Shown one piece after another: positions 62,869-64,000 of a stretch of 64,000 bases of DNA (its first letter is position 1; every line of letters starts with the position of its first letter). This DNA is from an uncultured Desulfobacteraceae bacterium (GTDB lineage Bacteria; Desulfobacterota; Desulfobacteria; Desulfobacterales; Desulfatirhabdiaceae): positions 69-64,068 of the forward strand of contig CAIMCT010000101.1 of assembly GCA_903839535.1 (NCBI GenBank), given 5' to 3'. Position numbers and translations under genes: made by a program. The notes under the pieces were generated by a model. It made no database searches. It saw only the letters and a program-made list of their open reading frames with translations, and was not told where the DNA came from.

Positions 62869-64000
62869 TTAAAGTGGCCTTCGTTCAATAGCAAGAAGTG
62901 AAATATCATCATCAAAAAAATCGTTTCCACGGTGTTCTGCAATAGCACGCCTGAGACGATTCATAAGCTCATCCAGTGGCAGATTGCGCCCGGAACAAAT
63001 TACTTCCTGAAGCGCGTCGTCACCAAACGCTCTTGTGTTCGCTATTTTATCATTTTTACCGCGGCATTCGGTAATTCCATCGGAATACAGAAAAAGACGA
63101 CCACCAGGTTCAAAACTGAACGACACATCAACAAAAGAGGCGTCAGGAACGAGACCTATAGGAAAACCGCCGCCTTCGATTATCCGAACTGCTCCATCCG
63201 ACGACTGATAGATAGGGGGTGGGTGACCTGCCTGAGTAACAGTAACGCTTCCATTTTGCAGATCAATGGTTCCGTACACCATTGTAAAGTACTGCATATT
63301 CTCTTCGTAGCTCATAAATCGCTTGTTCAGCGCCAGAGCTACATTGGCAGGTGAATGCAAGGAAATCATCGGATTTTTCCTGCGTTCGGAGGAATCGTGT
63401 CGTATCTGCTCCGAAGTCCCATACAATTGCAAGTGGGCATAAGGGGAGAGAACCCTGCTCAATGTCGTGGAAAGCAGTGCAGCCGGTATCCCATGACCAC
63501 TTACGTCTATCAGATAAAAATTCAGGTGATTCGTATCAATCTGGAAGATATTGAAAATGTCGCCGGCAATAAAAGTGGAAGGGGTAAAAAGCCAGTCAAA
63601 ATTGAAGCCAGGCAGGGTAATGCTCTTGTCTGGCAACATGGTTCGTTGAATCTGGGCTGCCGCTTCAAGGTCCATTTTGATGGATCCGTACATTTCATTA
63701 AGTTTCAGATTCTTTTCATCCAGCTCACGGTTGGCCTGAATCAGTTGCCGTTCAAGAGTCACAACCCTCGCAGCAGCATGCAGCCGTACCTTCAGTTCCC
63801 TGAAATCAACTGGTTTGGATATGAAATCATCCGCCCCGGCCTCCATGCCGAGGACAAGGTCTTTCTTGTCACCCTTGGCAGTCAGCAGAATCAGATAGGT
63901 ATAGCCGGAAAACTTGGAGGAACGGACTCTGCGACAAAGTTCCGGTCCATCCATGCCGGGCATCAACCAGTCGGTCAGGACGATCTCGGGTCGTTCTTCC
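62869..64000 (-). CDS. Response-regulator receiver fused to PP2C/SpoIIE phosphatase (5' end outside the window)
   Basis: The reading frame stays open to the window edge (…IVLTDWLMPGMDGPELC…KPVDFRELKVRL is the REC C-terminal half). This is followed by a coiled linker and a SpoIIE-type domain (AGDIFNIF, YLIDVSGHGIPAA, LFLYSDGITE). Confidence 0.85.
   Translation of the reverse strand, partial: EERPEIVLTDWLMPGMDGPELCRRVRSSKFSGYTYLILLTAKGDKKDLVLGMEAGADDFISKPVDFRELKVRLHAAARVVTLERQLIQANRELDEKNLKLNEMYGSIKMDLEAAAQIQRTMLPDKSITLPGFNFDWLFTPSTFIAGDIFNIFQIDTNHLNFYLIDVSGHGIPAALLSTTLSRVLSPYAHLQLYGTSEQIRHDSSERRKNPMISLHSPANVALALNKRFMSYEENMQYFTMVYGTIDLQNGSVTVTQAGHPPPIYQSSDGAVRIIEGGGFPIGLVPDASFVDVSFSFEPGGRLFLYSDGITECRGKNDKIANTRAFGDDALQEVICSGRNLPLDELMNRLRRAIAEHRGNDFFDDDISLLAIERRPL

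Noticed and set aside
1-64000. Search for rRNA, tRNA or tmRNA genes and riboswitches in the intergenic regions
   Set aside because: I found no tRNA-like T-arm/acceptor patterns and no rRNA-like stretches by eye. The intergenic space is largely explained by repeat families A, B and C. A covariance-model scan (tRNAscan-SE, Infernal/Rfam) would be needed to exclude small RNAs.

Overview
This 64-kb chromosomal segment looks, from gene content alone, like a Desulfobacterota (Desulfobacterales-type) anaerobe; I could not run any search or computation, so all family calls are by eye.

Contents from left to right:
1. 1-4.9 kb: edge of a defence-type module, with a DUF499-like P-loop ATPase, a DUF3780-like protein and a class II Fic protein.
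2. 5.3-10.2 kb: periplasmic selenocysteine formate dehydrogenase operon, fdhA (in-frame UGA), fdhB and fdhE.
3. 10.2-13.6 kb: small secreted, repeat-bearing and zinc-ribbon proteins.
4. 13.7-20.3 kb: housekeeping genes, namely an HD hydrolase, polA, a DUF362 Fe-S protein, an LTxxQ periplasmic chaperone behind a sigma-54 promoter, and nagZ.
5. 20.3-23.9 kb: an accessory patch holding two reciprocally decayed glutaredoxin/ferredoxin-thioredoxin-reductase cassettes, a nucleotidyltransferase pair, a nitroreductase, a ModE-like regulator and gene fragments.
6. 23.9-30.9 kb: a HisJ-type phosphatase, an amino-acid ABC transporter with unusual domain layouts, and a hybrid histidine kinase.
7. 31.2-31.7 kb: hicA with a truncated hicB.
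8. 31.8-40.1 kb: four tandem secreted hydrolases that share one ~110-aa leader module fused to different catalytic domains, bracketed by MITE-like elements.
9. 40.7-64 kb: a Wzx/Wzy-type exopolysaccharide locus, interrupted by a vapBC cassette. It is bounded on one side by a TagA-type glycosyltransferase fused to two STAS domains. On the other side is a sigma-factor-less partner-switching set (REC-PP2C, STAS, RsbW-like kinase) coupled to the export genes.

At least three dispersed intergenic repeat families are present. I saw no rRNA, tRNA or CRISPR array.

The most interesting candidates are the STAS-wired EPS locus, the shared-leader hydrolase cassette array, and a repeat family that always sits in one orientation just 5' of a start codon.
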